Made by a program: the position numbers and the translations under genes
Notes under the pieces: generated by a model
Database searches by the model: none
What the model saw: the letters and a program-made list of their open reading frames with translations, nothing else
What the model was told of the DNA's origin: nothing
Assembly: GCA_964599625.1 (NCBI GenBank)
Contig: CAZRGC010000002.1
Coordinates: forward strand, 135,883-199,882
Reading direction: 5' to 3'
DNA length: 64,000 bases
From: an uncultured Gammaproteobacteria bacterium
Lineage (GTDB): Bacteria; Patescibacteriota; Microgenomatia; UBA8517
Part shown: positions 40,425 through 49,715 of the stretch, piece by piece
Layout: every line of letters begins with the position of its first letter
How positions within the stretch are numbered: position 1 is the first letter of the stretch

Positions 40425-40847
40425 TTAGTTTGTTTTCACTCCCATGCTTCTGGCTGTTCCTTCTACTATTTTCATTGCTGCGTCAACATTTTTGGTGTTC
40501 AAATCGTCCATTTTTTCTTCTGCGATTTGTTTGACTTGTTCTTTGGTGAGCGTTCCTGCAACCTCTCGGGGGGCTTTGCCGGCGCCTTTTTCGATACCTA
40601 AAACTTTTTTGATCATGTCTGCAACCGGCGCTTTTTTGATCACAAAATCGAAGCTTCTGTCCTCGTAAATTGTGATAACTGCAGGAACAACTTGTCCTCT
40701 CAAATCTTTAGTTTTGTCATTGTAAGCTTTGACAAATTCCATGATGGCAACACCGTGTTGCCCAAGTGCGGTTCCCACTGGGGGAGCTGGGGTGGCCTCT
40801 GCTGCCTTAAGATTGATTTTGACGACTGTTTTGACTTTCTTTGCCAT
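40425..40847 (-). CDS. rplK: 50S ribosomal protein L11
   Basis: ATPAPPVGTALGQHG, GTARSMG. Confidence 0.98.
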   Translation of the reverse strand: MAKKVKTVVKINLKAAEATPAPPVGTALGQHGVAIMEFVKAYNDKTKDLRGQVVPAVITIYEDRSFDFVIKKAPVADMIKKVLGIEKGAGKAPREVAGTLTKEQVKQIAEEKMDDLNTKNVDAAMKIVEGTARSMGVKTN

Positions 40848-40899
40848 TTTTTAAGTTTAAATACGCATGAGGAAACCTAAAAAGAAGTTTCGACTTGCG

Positions 40900-40919
40900 C
40901 CCTTCGACAAGCTCGGGGT
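40900..40919. repeat. REP-like element CCCTTCGACAAGCTCGGGGT
   Basis: imperfect hairpin of the CTTCGACAAGCTC type upstream of rplK. Confidence 0.6.
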
Positions 40920-40988
40920 AAATCTGCCACAAATTAATGTGGTAGTGGAAATATATCATGTACAACCAAAAATATCAACGATTTGTGG

Positions 40989-42224
40989 TTACCAGGGAAG
41001 GAGTGTCAAAATGAATCTCTTGGAAGCGGCCCCTCCTGCCTGGTCACGTGCGGTAGTTGTTAATCTAAACGTTCCAAACTTTCTCGGTGCAATGCCTGAA
41101 TAAGTGCATTTGTATGTTTTCCTGGTAGCTGTGACGTTTGCGGTGCAAGTCACATTGTTGAGCCATTTAGGAAGGCCGGAGGTGTTTATTGCAACGGTGT
41201 CCCCGACGTTTAAATCGTAAACTGTAATTGTCATCGAATATCTTCTTCCTCCGTGTGCAACAGGAATGCTTCTTGTCGTTATTACTGGTGCAACGTTTGC
41301 AACCGGTGTTGCAGAGGGGGTGGGTGACGCAGAAGGCGTAGATGATGGTGTTGCGGTTGGTGCAACAGTCGGGCTTGGTGTTGGTGTTGCAACATTAAGC
41401 ATTGTGCCTGTTGCGTAGTAATTGTCAAAATAACCTATGGTGTCAGGATATGTGCCTGTGTTTTCCACAACCAATCTGGGAAATGTTCCGTCTCCCAAAA
41501 GTGGGCTGTAAAGCATATCGAGAATGTTTACAAATGTACCGTTTGTTGCATCATAGAGATAAACAAGGATCTCGTTTCCACTTCTTTGCAACTTAACTCT
41601 TTGGGGAGAATTAAATTGTATAGATCTGGAAACAATCTTTGTAGAATTTGCAGGTGTGTTGTCCGGGCTTGTCCACACCTCAATGAATTCGGAAGATCCG
41701 ACTTTTGCGCGTCTTACTGATATTGATCCACTTGGGGCGAATTTCAATTCCTGCCATCCGTTTTCTGAAGTCACACCAAGAAGGTCAACCTCAGCCGAGA
41801 AATCTCCTGTAATTTGGGGAATTTGATAATTAACAAGTGCCTGGACAACAACATCGTTTCCTCCGACGCCGTCTTGTCCTTGGCTGACAGATGCTTTAAG
41901 TCTTTGGTTATCGATGCTTGCGTCTGACCCAACTGTGCCTGACCAATTCCACTTAGCAGGGTCCAAAAGGTTAAATGGTTCATATATCGAAACGGGTGTA
42001 GCAGGTCTGGGTGTGGGCGTTGGTGTACCGGTTGGTGTGAATACGGGTGTCGGGCTTGGTGTAAACGGAGGTGTTACGGGCAAAGTTGGCGTGGGTGTAA
42101 CAGGGGAAGTAACAGGAGCGGTAACAGGGTAGGCGCCATAAGCACCGGATGCCAAAAAGAATAGTGGTAATATTACAGTAGATGAGATAAGCGCCAAAAC
42201 GCCTGTCTTTGAATTTAATCTCAT
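40989..42224 (-). CDS. secreted Pro/Thr-rich surface protein with C-terminal Ig-like (He_PIG/cadherin-like) domain
   Basis: signal peptide, two PT linkers, NVAPVITT..SGLPKWL. Confidence 0.8.
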   Translation of the reverse strand: MRLNSKTGVLALISSTVILPLFFLASGAYGAYPVTAPVTSPVTPTPTLPVTPPFTPSPTPVFTPTGTPTPTPRPATPVSIYEPFNLLDPAKWNWSGTVGSDASIDNQRLKASVSQGQDGVGGNDVVVQALVNYQIPQITGDFSAEVDLLGVTSENGWQELKFAPSGSISVRRAKVGSSEFIEVWTSPDNTPANSTKIVSRSIQFNSPQRVKLQRSGNEILVYLYDATNGTFVNILDMLYSPLLGDGTFPRLVVENTGTYPDTIGYFDNYYATGTMLNVATPTPSPTVAPTATPSSTPSASPTPSATPVANVAPVITTRSIPVAHGGRRYSMTITVYDLNVGDTVAINTSGLPKWLNNVTCTANVTATRKTYKCTYSGIAPRKFGTFRLTTTARDQAGGAASKRFILTLLPW

Positions 42225-42225
42225 A

Positions 42226-43380
42226 ATGCGGAATTATAGGAGATATATATTGTTAAGTCAAATCTTGTTTGCGTGCGTGATTTTGATCTTTGGCAATTGG
42301 GCAGTTGTAACTTATGAGATACCCAAAGTCATCGCCTTCCAATGGTTTGTAAGGTTTTTGGTTCTGGTTTTGGCTGTGTCTTTTTTCAAAAAACCCAAAA
42401 AGTGGAAAGTTGATAGCAAAGTGTCAAAGCCTGTTTTGATTTTTACCGGTGTTGCTATTGTAAGTTCGATTTTAGGGGTGAACGTAACAAAAAGTTTTAC
42501 AGGCAATTTTTACAGGGGCGATGGTCTTATAACTTTTTTGAGTTTGGTTGGATTTGCATTTGTGGTCAGTTACTTTTGGAAAGAGGAGTTTAATAAATAT
42601 TTTGCAGAGGTTATTTTTTGGACTTCCACTTTGCTGTCCGGATTTTATATTGTATCGACTGTTACTCCGCAACTTTCACATATAAGTGCAGCAGGATTCG
42701 GTAATTCCGTATTTTTGGCAGGATTTCTGGTCACGGCTTTGCCATTCTCATTTTTTTATCTGCGGGAAAAAACAGATAAATATTTACGCCTGGGGCTTTT
42801 TGTTCAAGTAATTTCCTTGTTCTTTATGAGCGCGACAGCGGCAGTAATAGTACTTTTTGTGTACGCTTTGATGCTTGTCGGGCGCTTTGTAAAAATTGGC
42901 TTTAGACGTTTTTTAGCCACAGGGCTATTGATTGCCGCTTTGGCCACAGGCTTTGTTTGGGTAAGAAATTACCGGTTGGAAAGTTCAAAATCGTTAATCG
43001 CGGAGGGCAGGGCAAGGATTTTTATAAACGGTCTTCAAGGGTTTGCAAGCCGCCCTGTGTTGGGATACGGCTGGAGCAATTTTGATGCAGCATTCCAAAA
43101 AGGTACATGGCCAATCAAGCTAAATAACGATGTTTATGTGGACAAAGCGCATTCGGAGTTTTTGGAAGTGCTGGTTTCAACCGGTGTGGTTGGAGTATCT
43201 GTGTATTTGGCTTTGCTTTTTGTTTTATACAAAAAGCTCAAAAGTATTTCCAATACAAACTGGGGTTTTACACTTTTTTCGGTGTTTGTAATTTATATTC
43301 TACATTCACAAACAAACGTAATATCAATTTCAGAGCAAATTCTGTTCTGGTTTGGGATGGGGTACGTCTTAAGAAGTTAG
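42226..43380 (+). CDS. O-antigen ligase/Wzy_C family membrane protein
   Basis: FGNSVF, GR..I, PVLGYG, DKAHSEFLE..GVVG. Confidence 0.87.
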   Translation: MRNYRRYILLSQILFACVILIFGNWAVVTYEIPKVIAFQWFVRFLVLVLAVSFFKKPKKWKVDSKVSKPVLIFTGVAIVSSILGVNVTKSFTGNFYRGDGLITFLSLVGFAFVVSYFWKEEFNKYFAEVIFWTSTLLSGFYIVSTVTPQLSHISAAGFGNSVFLAGFLVTALPFSFFYLREKTDKYLRLGLFVQVISLFFMSATAAVIVLFVYALMLVGRFVKIGFRRFLATGLLIAALATGFVWVRNYRLESSKSLIAEGRARIFINGLQGFASRPVLGYGWSNFDAAFQKGTWPIKLNNDVYVDKAHSEFLEVLVSTGVVGVSVYLALLFVLYKKLKSISNTNWGFTLFSVFVIYILHSQTNVISISEQILFWFGMGYVLRS

Positions 43381-43381
43381 A

Positions 43382-43511
43382 TTTTTTGTCAAACAAAGTT
43401 TCGAAATGTGGTTTCACTTTTTGCCACCTGAAAGGTCAGAAGGTGTTTACACTTTTGTCAAACGAAGTTTCAAAAAGTCGTCAGACTTATTGTCATTCGA
43501 AGAATCAAAAG
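43382..43511. repeat. four degenerate tandem hairpin units, period 34-35 bp
   Basis: TTTTG-YC-[stem-GAA-stem]-CRRAA units at about 43387, 43422, 43456, 43491. Confidence 0.75.
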
Positions 43512-43515
43512 GTTA

Positions 43516-44160
43516 TTAAACCTTTTGTATTTGAAGAAAATCCAACTCTACAGGAGTCTCACGGCCAAAGATTGACACCAAGACTTTAACTTTGCCTTTT
43601 TCCTCGTCCATTTCATGAATGGTTCCCAAAAAATCAGAGAAAGGTCCGTCTGTGATCTTGACTGCTTCTCCAACAGAAAACTTGGTCTTGAATCTGGGAG
43701 CGGGGGAGCTTACGAACTTTTGAATATTGGCAACTTCCGTTTCGGAAAGAGGGGTGGGGTTGTTGCCAGCACCAACGAAACCAGTTATTCCTGCCGTTGT
43801 ACGAACTGCGAGCCAAGTAGGATCATCCAGAATCATTTTAACCAAAAGGTATCCTGGGAATATCTTTTCTTTGACTGTTGCTTTCTTGCCACCGCGGATG
43901 ATAACCCTGTCTTGTGTAGGCACAAGCATCTCAAAAACTTTACCCTGAAGATTCATAGTCTCTACTCTTTGTCGGAGGGTTTCCATGACTCTTATTTCAT
44001 GGCCCGAAGATGTGTGTACAACGTACCACTTGGCTTTGGGGTCTGTGGTTTCGGATACAACAATGTGGCCGGGGATTTTCTTTTTCCCGGTGCCACGCTC
44101 TGCAACTTCAATAACGTCTGTTGCCGGAACCTGAGTGTCTGTTTTTTGTGAATCGTCCAT
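43516..44160 (-). CDS. nusG: transcription factor NusG
   Basis: WYVVHT, FPGYLLV, GPFSDF, SIFGRETPVEL. Confidence 0.97.
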   Translation of the reverse strand: MDDSQKTDTQVPATDVIEVAERGTGKKKIPGHIVVSETTDPKAKWYVVHTSSGHEIRVMETLRQRVETMNLQGKVFEMLVPTQDRVIIRGGKKATVKEKIFPGYLLVKMILDDPTWLAVRTTAGITGFVGAGNNPTPLSETEVANIQKFVSSPAPRFKTKFSVGEAVKITDGPFSDFLGTIHEMDEEKGKVKVLVSIFGRETPVELDFLQIQKV

Positions 44161-44345
44161 TATCTTGAAACTATTATAGATAAAAGTTTAGTGAATGCGT
44201 AGTCAAGTCCGCCTACATAAAGTCCAAGTACCAAAGAGACCAAAAGAACTATTGTGGTAAGCTTGATAACGTCGTTTCTACTAGGCCAAGTAACCTTAGT
44301 AAGTTCATTTCGAACCTCACCAATAAAACCAGTTACTTGTTTCAT
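44160..44345 (-). CDS. secE: preprotein translocase SecE
   Basis: ELTKVTWPSR + TM, upstream of nusG. Confidence 0.93.
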   Translation of the reverse strand: MKQVTGFIGEVRNELTKVTWPSRNDVIKLTTIVLLVSLVLGLYVGGLDYAFTKLLSIIVSR

Positions 44346-44413
44346 CAGAAGTGAATTGTACCAAATATATAAAATGGGCACAAGTATCGCCTGACAAATG
44401 CTAATATTTGGAA

Positions 44414-45085
44414 ATGAGTGGAAAATTGCCTGATTTTGATTTGGAAAAAGGACTTTGGGATAGAGGAATTCTGAAAGTTTGTGGTGTAGACGAAGTTGGG
44501 CGGGGGGCATTTGCGGGACCTGTTTTTTGCGGCTGTGTAGTTTTTGACCCCAAAATCACGAACACCTTAGAGGTATTGGTGAACGACTCCAAAAAGCTTA
44601 CGAGTGTTCAAAGGGAAACTGCCTCCAATTGGATAAAGAAAAACTCTGTTGCGTGGGGAGTTGGGATGTCTAGCGTCTCCGAAATAAATAGCTGTGGAAT
44701 TGTGGGTGCGACAAACAAGGCTTTTAGAAGAGCGATTAAAATCGTGTCCCAGAATATGAATTCGGCTTTGGACCACTTAATATCTGACGCATTTTTCATA
44801 CCAAATGTAGTTGGGATTCCCAAAAATGTACAAACACCTGTTATTAGGGGTGATTCCAAATCTTTTAGTGTCGCCTCTGCGTCTATTGTCGCCAAGGTTG
44901 AGCGAGACCTGTTTATGAAAAGATTGGGCAATATCCCCGAGTTTTCCATTTACGCTTGGGGTAAAAACAAAGGTTATGGAACAAAAGAACACAGGGAGGC
45001 AATCAAAAGCCACGGAAAATCAGTACACCACAGAAACAAATATGTGGATACCTGGATTGCTAATATACAAAAAAGTGGAGCTTAA
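44414..45085 (+). CDS. rnhB: ribonuclease HII
   Basis: GVDEVGRG..AGP, NDSKKL, ASIVAKV.RD, NKGYGT. Confidence 0.96.
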   Translation: MSGKLPDFDLEKGLWDRGILKVCGVDEVGRGAFAGPVFCGCVVFDPKITNTLEVLVNDSKKLTSVQRETASNWIKKNSVAWGVGMSSVSEINSCGIVGATNKAFRRAIKIVSQNMNSALDHLISDAFFIPNVVGIPKNVQTPVIRGDSKSFSVASASIVAKVERDLFMKRLGNIPEFSIYAWGKNKGYGTKEHREAIKSHGKSVHHRNKYVDTWIANIQKSGA

Positions 45086-45276
45086 TAGTTTCGCTTTTTC
45101 TCCAGTTCAATCTGATGTGCGATTCTGTATTTTTGCTCTTTCCTCTTTTCGGACGGCTTTTTGTAGTGTTCGCGGTCGCGGAACTCCTGCAAAACCCCTT
45201 CAATTATTGTTTTTTTGCGGAATCTGGCAATGAGTTTGTCATCGCTTTCTCCCTTTTTCTTTTTAATGATGAACAT
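45082..45276 (-). CDS. rpsU: 30S ribosomal protein S21
   Basis: GES.DKLIARF, EHYKKPSEKR. Confidence 0.9.
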   Translation of the reverse strand: MFIIKKKKGESDDKLIARFRKKTIIEGVLQEFRDREHYKKPSEKRKEQKYRIAHQIELEKKRNY

Positions 45277-45430
45277 AAGTTTTACAAATTTGTTTCAGCT
45301 GTTACGCTTTCAACATGATTTATATATTTTCGCCTCCTTCCCATGAAGAACCGGTAAAGCCCTTCGGTTAACTAACTGCTAATTGTATCATCGCTTTTGT
45401 TTTAGTCCAAGATGAATTTGGACCACACGG

Positions 45431-46459
45431 TCAGGGATTTGGGGGACTTAAGGGCTTATCCTCGTCGACTGGCGGAGGAGTCATCATAGGTGGTGGCATT
45501 GGCGGAAGCCCTTTTGGAGGCAAGTTTTTGCCGCTATGTTTCTTTAGGTATTTGAGTATCGCCAACAGAAGCGCGATTGCTATTACTATTAGAATTCCCC
45601 ATGCCAATAGCTGTTTGAGATTGATCTCCCTTGTTGCAACTTGTTCTTCCTCTGGCGCAGCTGTCGGCAAATTCAAAGGTGCTGGAGTATATTTCTTAAG
45701 AACCACCAACTGTGGTGTGGGTTTGACCGACGATGTGGGCCTTGGGGTGGAGGCTCTTGCTGCGGCTCTTGGTGTGGGGGTTGCGCTTTGGCAACCACAT
45801 GTGTTGTCGTTGGGACAGTCTGGGTTTCTGCAAAAACCGTCTGAGCAAAAAAGTCCGGCGTTACAGTTGTAGTGACTTCCGCAGGTTCCGTTACATGAGT
45901 TTGTCGGCCCTGGAGTGCTACTTGTCCCATCTGTGCCACCGCTACCGCCATCATCACTCCCGCCGTAGTTTATTCCCAGTGTATTGAGCGATGAACAGGA
46001 AAGTATGTTGTTTCCTGACGAATTTAAAATAAAAGTATCGTTGCCGCCGCCATCACAATTAAATGTTGTCTGGCCTGATCCGGAACTTTTGTTGGGAGTA
46101 AAAACAAGTGTTGCAAAATTATCTTTTCCAGACTTGGTTTGAAACGCGGCAGAAAAAAATCCATGAATCTCAACAACTGAACCGTTTTGGGCCTGAGAAA
46201 AGTCGGTAAAGAAATTGCCATTTGAAACAGACTTAAGTGTCATGTCTGCGGTGGGGAATTTGATAGACGCGTCTGCACCAAAAACCTGAGCACCTTCCGT
46301 GTCAATCATGACCTTCACCGTAAAATCTTGGCTGTATGAACTTGTGGTGGTGCTTGGTTCAAAATATAGCTTTGCAGCGCTTACCTTAGCGGGATGAATT
46401 GCCGCAAAAACAAACATAACAGCAAAAACCAACAATGATTTGGACAGATTAATTTTCAT
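45431..46459 (-). CDS. membrane-anchored cohesin-domain protein with Cys-rich module
   Basis: signal peptide, FTVKVMIDT..GADASIKF cohesin-like, 8-Cys module, C-terminal TM and Pro-rich tail. Confidence 0.78.
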   Translation of the reverse strand: MKINLSKSLLVFAVMFVFAAIHPAKVSAAKLYFEPSTTTSSYSQDFTVKVMIDTEGAQVFGADASIKFPTADMTLKSVSNGNFFTDFSQAQNGSVVEIHGFFSAAFQTKSGKDNFATLVFTPNKSSGSGQTTFNCDGGGNDTFILNSSGNNILSCSSLNTLGINYGGSDDGGSGGTDGTSSTPGPTNSCNGTCGSHYNCNAGLFCSDGFCRNPDCPNDNTCGCQSATPTPRAAARASTPRPTSSVKPTPQLVVLKKYTPAPLNLPTAAPEEEQVATREINLKQLLAWGILIVIAIALLLAILKYLKKHSGKNLPPKGLPPMPPPMMTPPPVDEDKPLSPPNP

Positions 46460-48575
46460 CGTATTTGGTTTGTAAAGTCTGCCTCATCAAAAAGGCATCT
46501 TTTACATTTATAAATGTGTCGTAGTTAAGATCGCCCACCATAAGGTCTTCGTCGGTAAGGAGTGAGCTCGCTTTGCTCATTAAGGCTGTTACTTTTGCAA
46601 AGTCGGATGCGTCGGCTTTTCCGTCTTGAACGTACAGATCGCCCGGTTCCAAGGGAAGTCCGGTAAAGTCCAGAACAAAAGATGCCGGATTTGTAGACGG
46701 GGCGGGAATAACTATACTGCCGTTTCCAGAACATTCACTGGATTGCCCTGTAGCTTGACAGAACTTTCTTGCCAAGTGTTTTTCACCTTTAACATAAACC
46801 GCGTAACCTTGTCCGCCGGCACTAGGGGGGAGGTAATCGGGTGTGATTATTGCTTCATAAACACCGCTTCCAATGTGATGGAACTCAACAGGACCAGTGG
46901 AAAGGTCTGCAACGGGAACGCTTACAAATCTAATATTCGCTTTTGCGCCTTCCGCATCTCCACCGGTAACTCCGGCAAACCTAACTCTAATATCAAATGA
47001 TTGAGAAAGCTGATCGTTTGTTAAATTGTAAACAAAATTTGTTCCGCTTGTGTTTTGAGGAACATTGGGGGTGGTTGCTGTTATGTTTATAGAATGGTTT
47101 CCGAGTGCATAACTGCTGGTTGGAGAAGTTACATCTATATAGCTGGTATATGTAGCACCGGGTGCGACATTGAAACTTCCTGCACCAAAGTTTACGGTCC
47201 ACCCGTTAGCGGTTGAGTTACCGTCTGGCCAATTGACACTGCCAACTTGAAGGTTGACTGTGGGTGTTCCACAGTTAACATCGTCGTTATTTTTAACTGA
47301 CAAGTAATATCTTGCAGTGGTACCAGGGTTACCCTTTTGGTTTGCGGGTGTAACAGTAAGTTCAAGTGGTCTTGCAGTACATGCAGTTGGGGGAGGTGTG
47401 CCATTGGGTGTTGGCGAAGGACTACCGCTTGGGGGAGGTGTGCCACCGCAAGGGCCGATGTATCCCATATATCCAAAGTTGGCTACGTTACCAAAAATAA
47501 CGGGGGAGGTGGAATAAGGGCAATAAATATTATTTGTGGGGTTTAGTTGGGGATCTTGGGAAATATTATTATTGAGCCCTGTTTGATTTGCGTAACTATA
47601 ATAATTTGGGTTATTTCCAAAAATATCGTTGTAAACAAAAGTGCTGAATACAAGGCCGTTCTCTCCTCGGACACCTGGACCGTAGCCTTGGTTGACTATG
47701 TTATAAGAAAATTCATTGCTTGTTGCTTGATTGCCGCGCAAATAAACAGTGGGGTAACCAGAGTTGGATCCGTTTCTGACAAATGTATTTCGTGATATTT
47801 GAATATTGCTGTTGTCCGACGAAGTTATCCCTGTTTCTCTGTTTTGGTAAATAAGATTCCCAATGACCTGAACTCCCGAAGAGTTGTAAACCGAAATAGC
47901 GTTGGCAGCATCGTGTATCTTGTTGTTTGCAATGTTTATGTTTTGGGAGTTGCCAACCTCCAAAGCACCGGCCGAGCTTTGAATTTCGGTGTTATACACA
48001 CTAACGTCGTGTGAGTTGTGAATATCAACCGTGTGTGAAGTTTGTGAATTTACATTCATATATCCCAAGGAAAAGTTAGAAGAATTATTGATGCTAATCA
48101 TTCCGTTACTGGAACCGCCTTGTACTGTGAGCCACTGAATGGAACCCGAAGAGTTATCTACCCTGAAACCGTATCCACCGATGGTGAAATTCAAAACAGC
48201 AGCGCCGTTTCCTGCTGATGGGTTGCCGGTTATTGTAAGGTTTGTTTTTCCGGAAACATTCACAGTTGGGGGGACGTTGTATGTGCCGGGATCAATTTGT
48301 ATTGTGAACCCTGCACCCGTCACGGCATTAACTGCTGTCTGAATATCGTGGCAGGTTCCGTTCAGGTCGGTAACAGGCGTAACCGTTATAGTTTTGTTTT
48401 GAGCAATACAAACACCGGGTTCATTACTGGACGCTCGTTCGAAAGGATTAAAATTAAGATTAACTATTGCCCATATAAATAAAGGAAGAGCCAATACCAA
48501 CGCAATAATGATGCTCATGCTCATGAGTCTTTTGGAAGATTTTGGCAAAGCTTTATACTCCTTAAGTAGATTCAT
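46449..48575 (-). CDS. surface protein: parallel beta-helix + Ig-like + dockerin-like C-terminus
   Basis: N-terminal TM, Asn-rich PbH repeats, GDLYVQDGKADASDF / GDLNYDTFINVKD. Confidence 0.8.
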   Translation of the reverse strand: MNLLKEYKALPKSSKRLMSMSIIIALVLALPLFIWAIVNLNFNPFERASSNEPGVCIAQNKTITVTPVTDLNGTCHDIQTAVNAVTGAGFTIQIDPGTYNVPPTVNVSGKTNLTITGNPSAGNGAAVLNFTIGGYGFRVDNSSGSIQWLTVQGGSSNGMISINNSSNFSLGYMNVNSQTSHTVDIHNSHDVSVYNTEIQSSAGALEVGNSQNINIANNKIHDAANAISVYNSSGVQVIGNLIYQNRETGITSSDNSNIQISRNTFVRNGSNSGYPTVYLRGNQATSNEFSYNIVNQGYGPGVRGENGLVFSTFVYNDIFGNNPNYYSYANQTGLNNNISQDPQLNPTNNIYCPYSTSPVIFGNVANFGYMGYIGPCGGTPPPSGSPSPTPNGTPPPTACTARPLELTVTPANQKGNPGTTARYYLSVKNNDDVNCGTPTVNLQVGSVNWPDGNSTANGWTVNFGAGSFNVAPGATYTSYIDVTSPTSSYALGNHSINITATTPNVPQNTSGTNFVYNLTNDQLSQSFDIRVRFAGVTGGDAEGAKANIRFVSVPVADLSTGPVEFHHIGSGVYEAIITPDYLPPSAGGQGYAVYVKGEKHLARKFCQATGQSSECSGNGSIVIPAPSTNPASFVLDFTGLPLEPGDLYVQDGKADASDFAKVTALMSKASSLLTDEDLMVGDLNYDTFINVKDAFLMRQTLQTKYDEN

Positions 48576-48633
48576 TCCAACTTATATTAGTTCTCCCAAA
48601 AAGGCTTTGCAATAGGCGGTATATACTTAGTAA

Positions 48634-49677
48634 ATGTTTAATTATTTCTTAATTTTTTGGACTTCAACGCTCCCGTTTTTTGTATTAAACGGATACTACG
48701 AAAAGCCTAAATTTGCAGTTTTTTTGGCAGGAACTTTTATTACCTTTTTGTATTGGTTAAAAAACAAAATACCATTGATTCTGAATATTTCAAAGGCAGA
48801 CTATTTATATATAGGTTGGTTTTTGATACTTGTTGTTTCTTCGATGGTGTTTGGAGATGTTGATCGTTCGGTAACAGGGGAGGGTAACAGATATCTTGGA
48901 ATCCTGTTTTTTATGGGACTTTGGGTGGTTAGTAAATCTGTCCAAATAATGCCGGAAAAACATAAATCGCTAATGGGCAGCATTTTTGGGTATGCTGCTT
49001 TAATCCAAAGCATTATTCTTTTGGCGCAGATTGTTGCAGGCCAGGTTTACTTCTTAAGGCCTTTGGGAACCGTTGGGGATGCCAATCAGGCAGCTGGGCT
49101 TATTATTCTGGGTTTATATTTTGTAACCGAATATCTGCCTGGTGTTTTTGCTGTTTTTCCAGCTTTAGCAATACTTCTCACTTGGTCCAAATCCGGAATA
49201 ATCTCTATTCTGGTTTTTTCAGGAGCATTTTTTGGCAAAATGAATAAAAAGATTTCAGCAATATTTATTTTTGGTCTACTAACATTGTTTGTAATTTTTT
49301 CGGTATCAACTTCCCAAACATCTTCAAAATTTGAAGACAGAAAAGTGATCTGGCCCAAGTCCCTTGAGATTGTTTTGCAAAGTCCTGTTGTTGGTCACGG
49401 GTTGGGGATAACAGACAAGCTTTTTTCTGAGTCATTCAAAACCACAGGTACACCAATTGAATCATTAAGAATTGATAGCGCCCATAATATCTTTTTGGAT
49501 GTAGCCATTTGGTCGGGTGGAGTCGGCGTATTTGTGTTTCTATACTATATATACTCAATATTCAAAACGCTTGAAAACCGGAAAAGAATTGCTGCGTTGG
49601 CCTTTTTGGCGTTTGCAACATTCCAGCCTTTAAGTGTTTCTCATTGGTTGTGGTTTACAATTTTGATTTTTGTTTGA
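48634..49677 (+). CDS. O-antigen ligase/Wzy_C family membrane protein
   Basis: GTVGDAN, DRKVIW, PVVGHG, DSAHNIFLD..GGVG. Confidence 0.87.
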   Translation: MFNYFLIFWTSTLPFFVLNGYYEKPKFAVFLAGTFITFLYWLKNKIPLILNISKADYLYIGWFLILVVSSMVFGDVDRSVTGEGNRYLGILFFMGLWVVSKSVQIMPEKHKSLMGSIFGYAALIQSIILLAQIVAGQVYFLRPLGTVGDANQAAGLIILGLYFVTEYLPGVFAVFPALAILLTWSKSGIISILVFSGAFFGKMNKKISAIFIFGLLTLFVIFSVSTSQTSSKFEDRKVIWPKSLEIVLQSPVVGHGLGITDKLFSESFKTTGTPIESLRIDSAHNIFLDVAIWSGGVGVFVFLYYIYSIFKTLENRKRIAALAFLAFATFQPLSVSHWLWFTILIFV

Positions 49678-49715
49678 CAAAAAACCCTTAAAGTTGTGTT
49701 AATATAATAGTCTAA

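Noticed and set aside
43382-43511. CRISPR array
   Set aside because: No separate repeat and spacer; total period is only 34-35 bp
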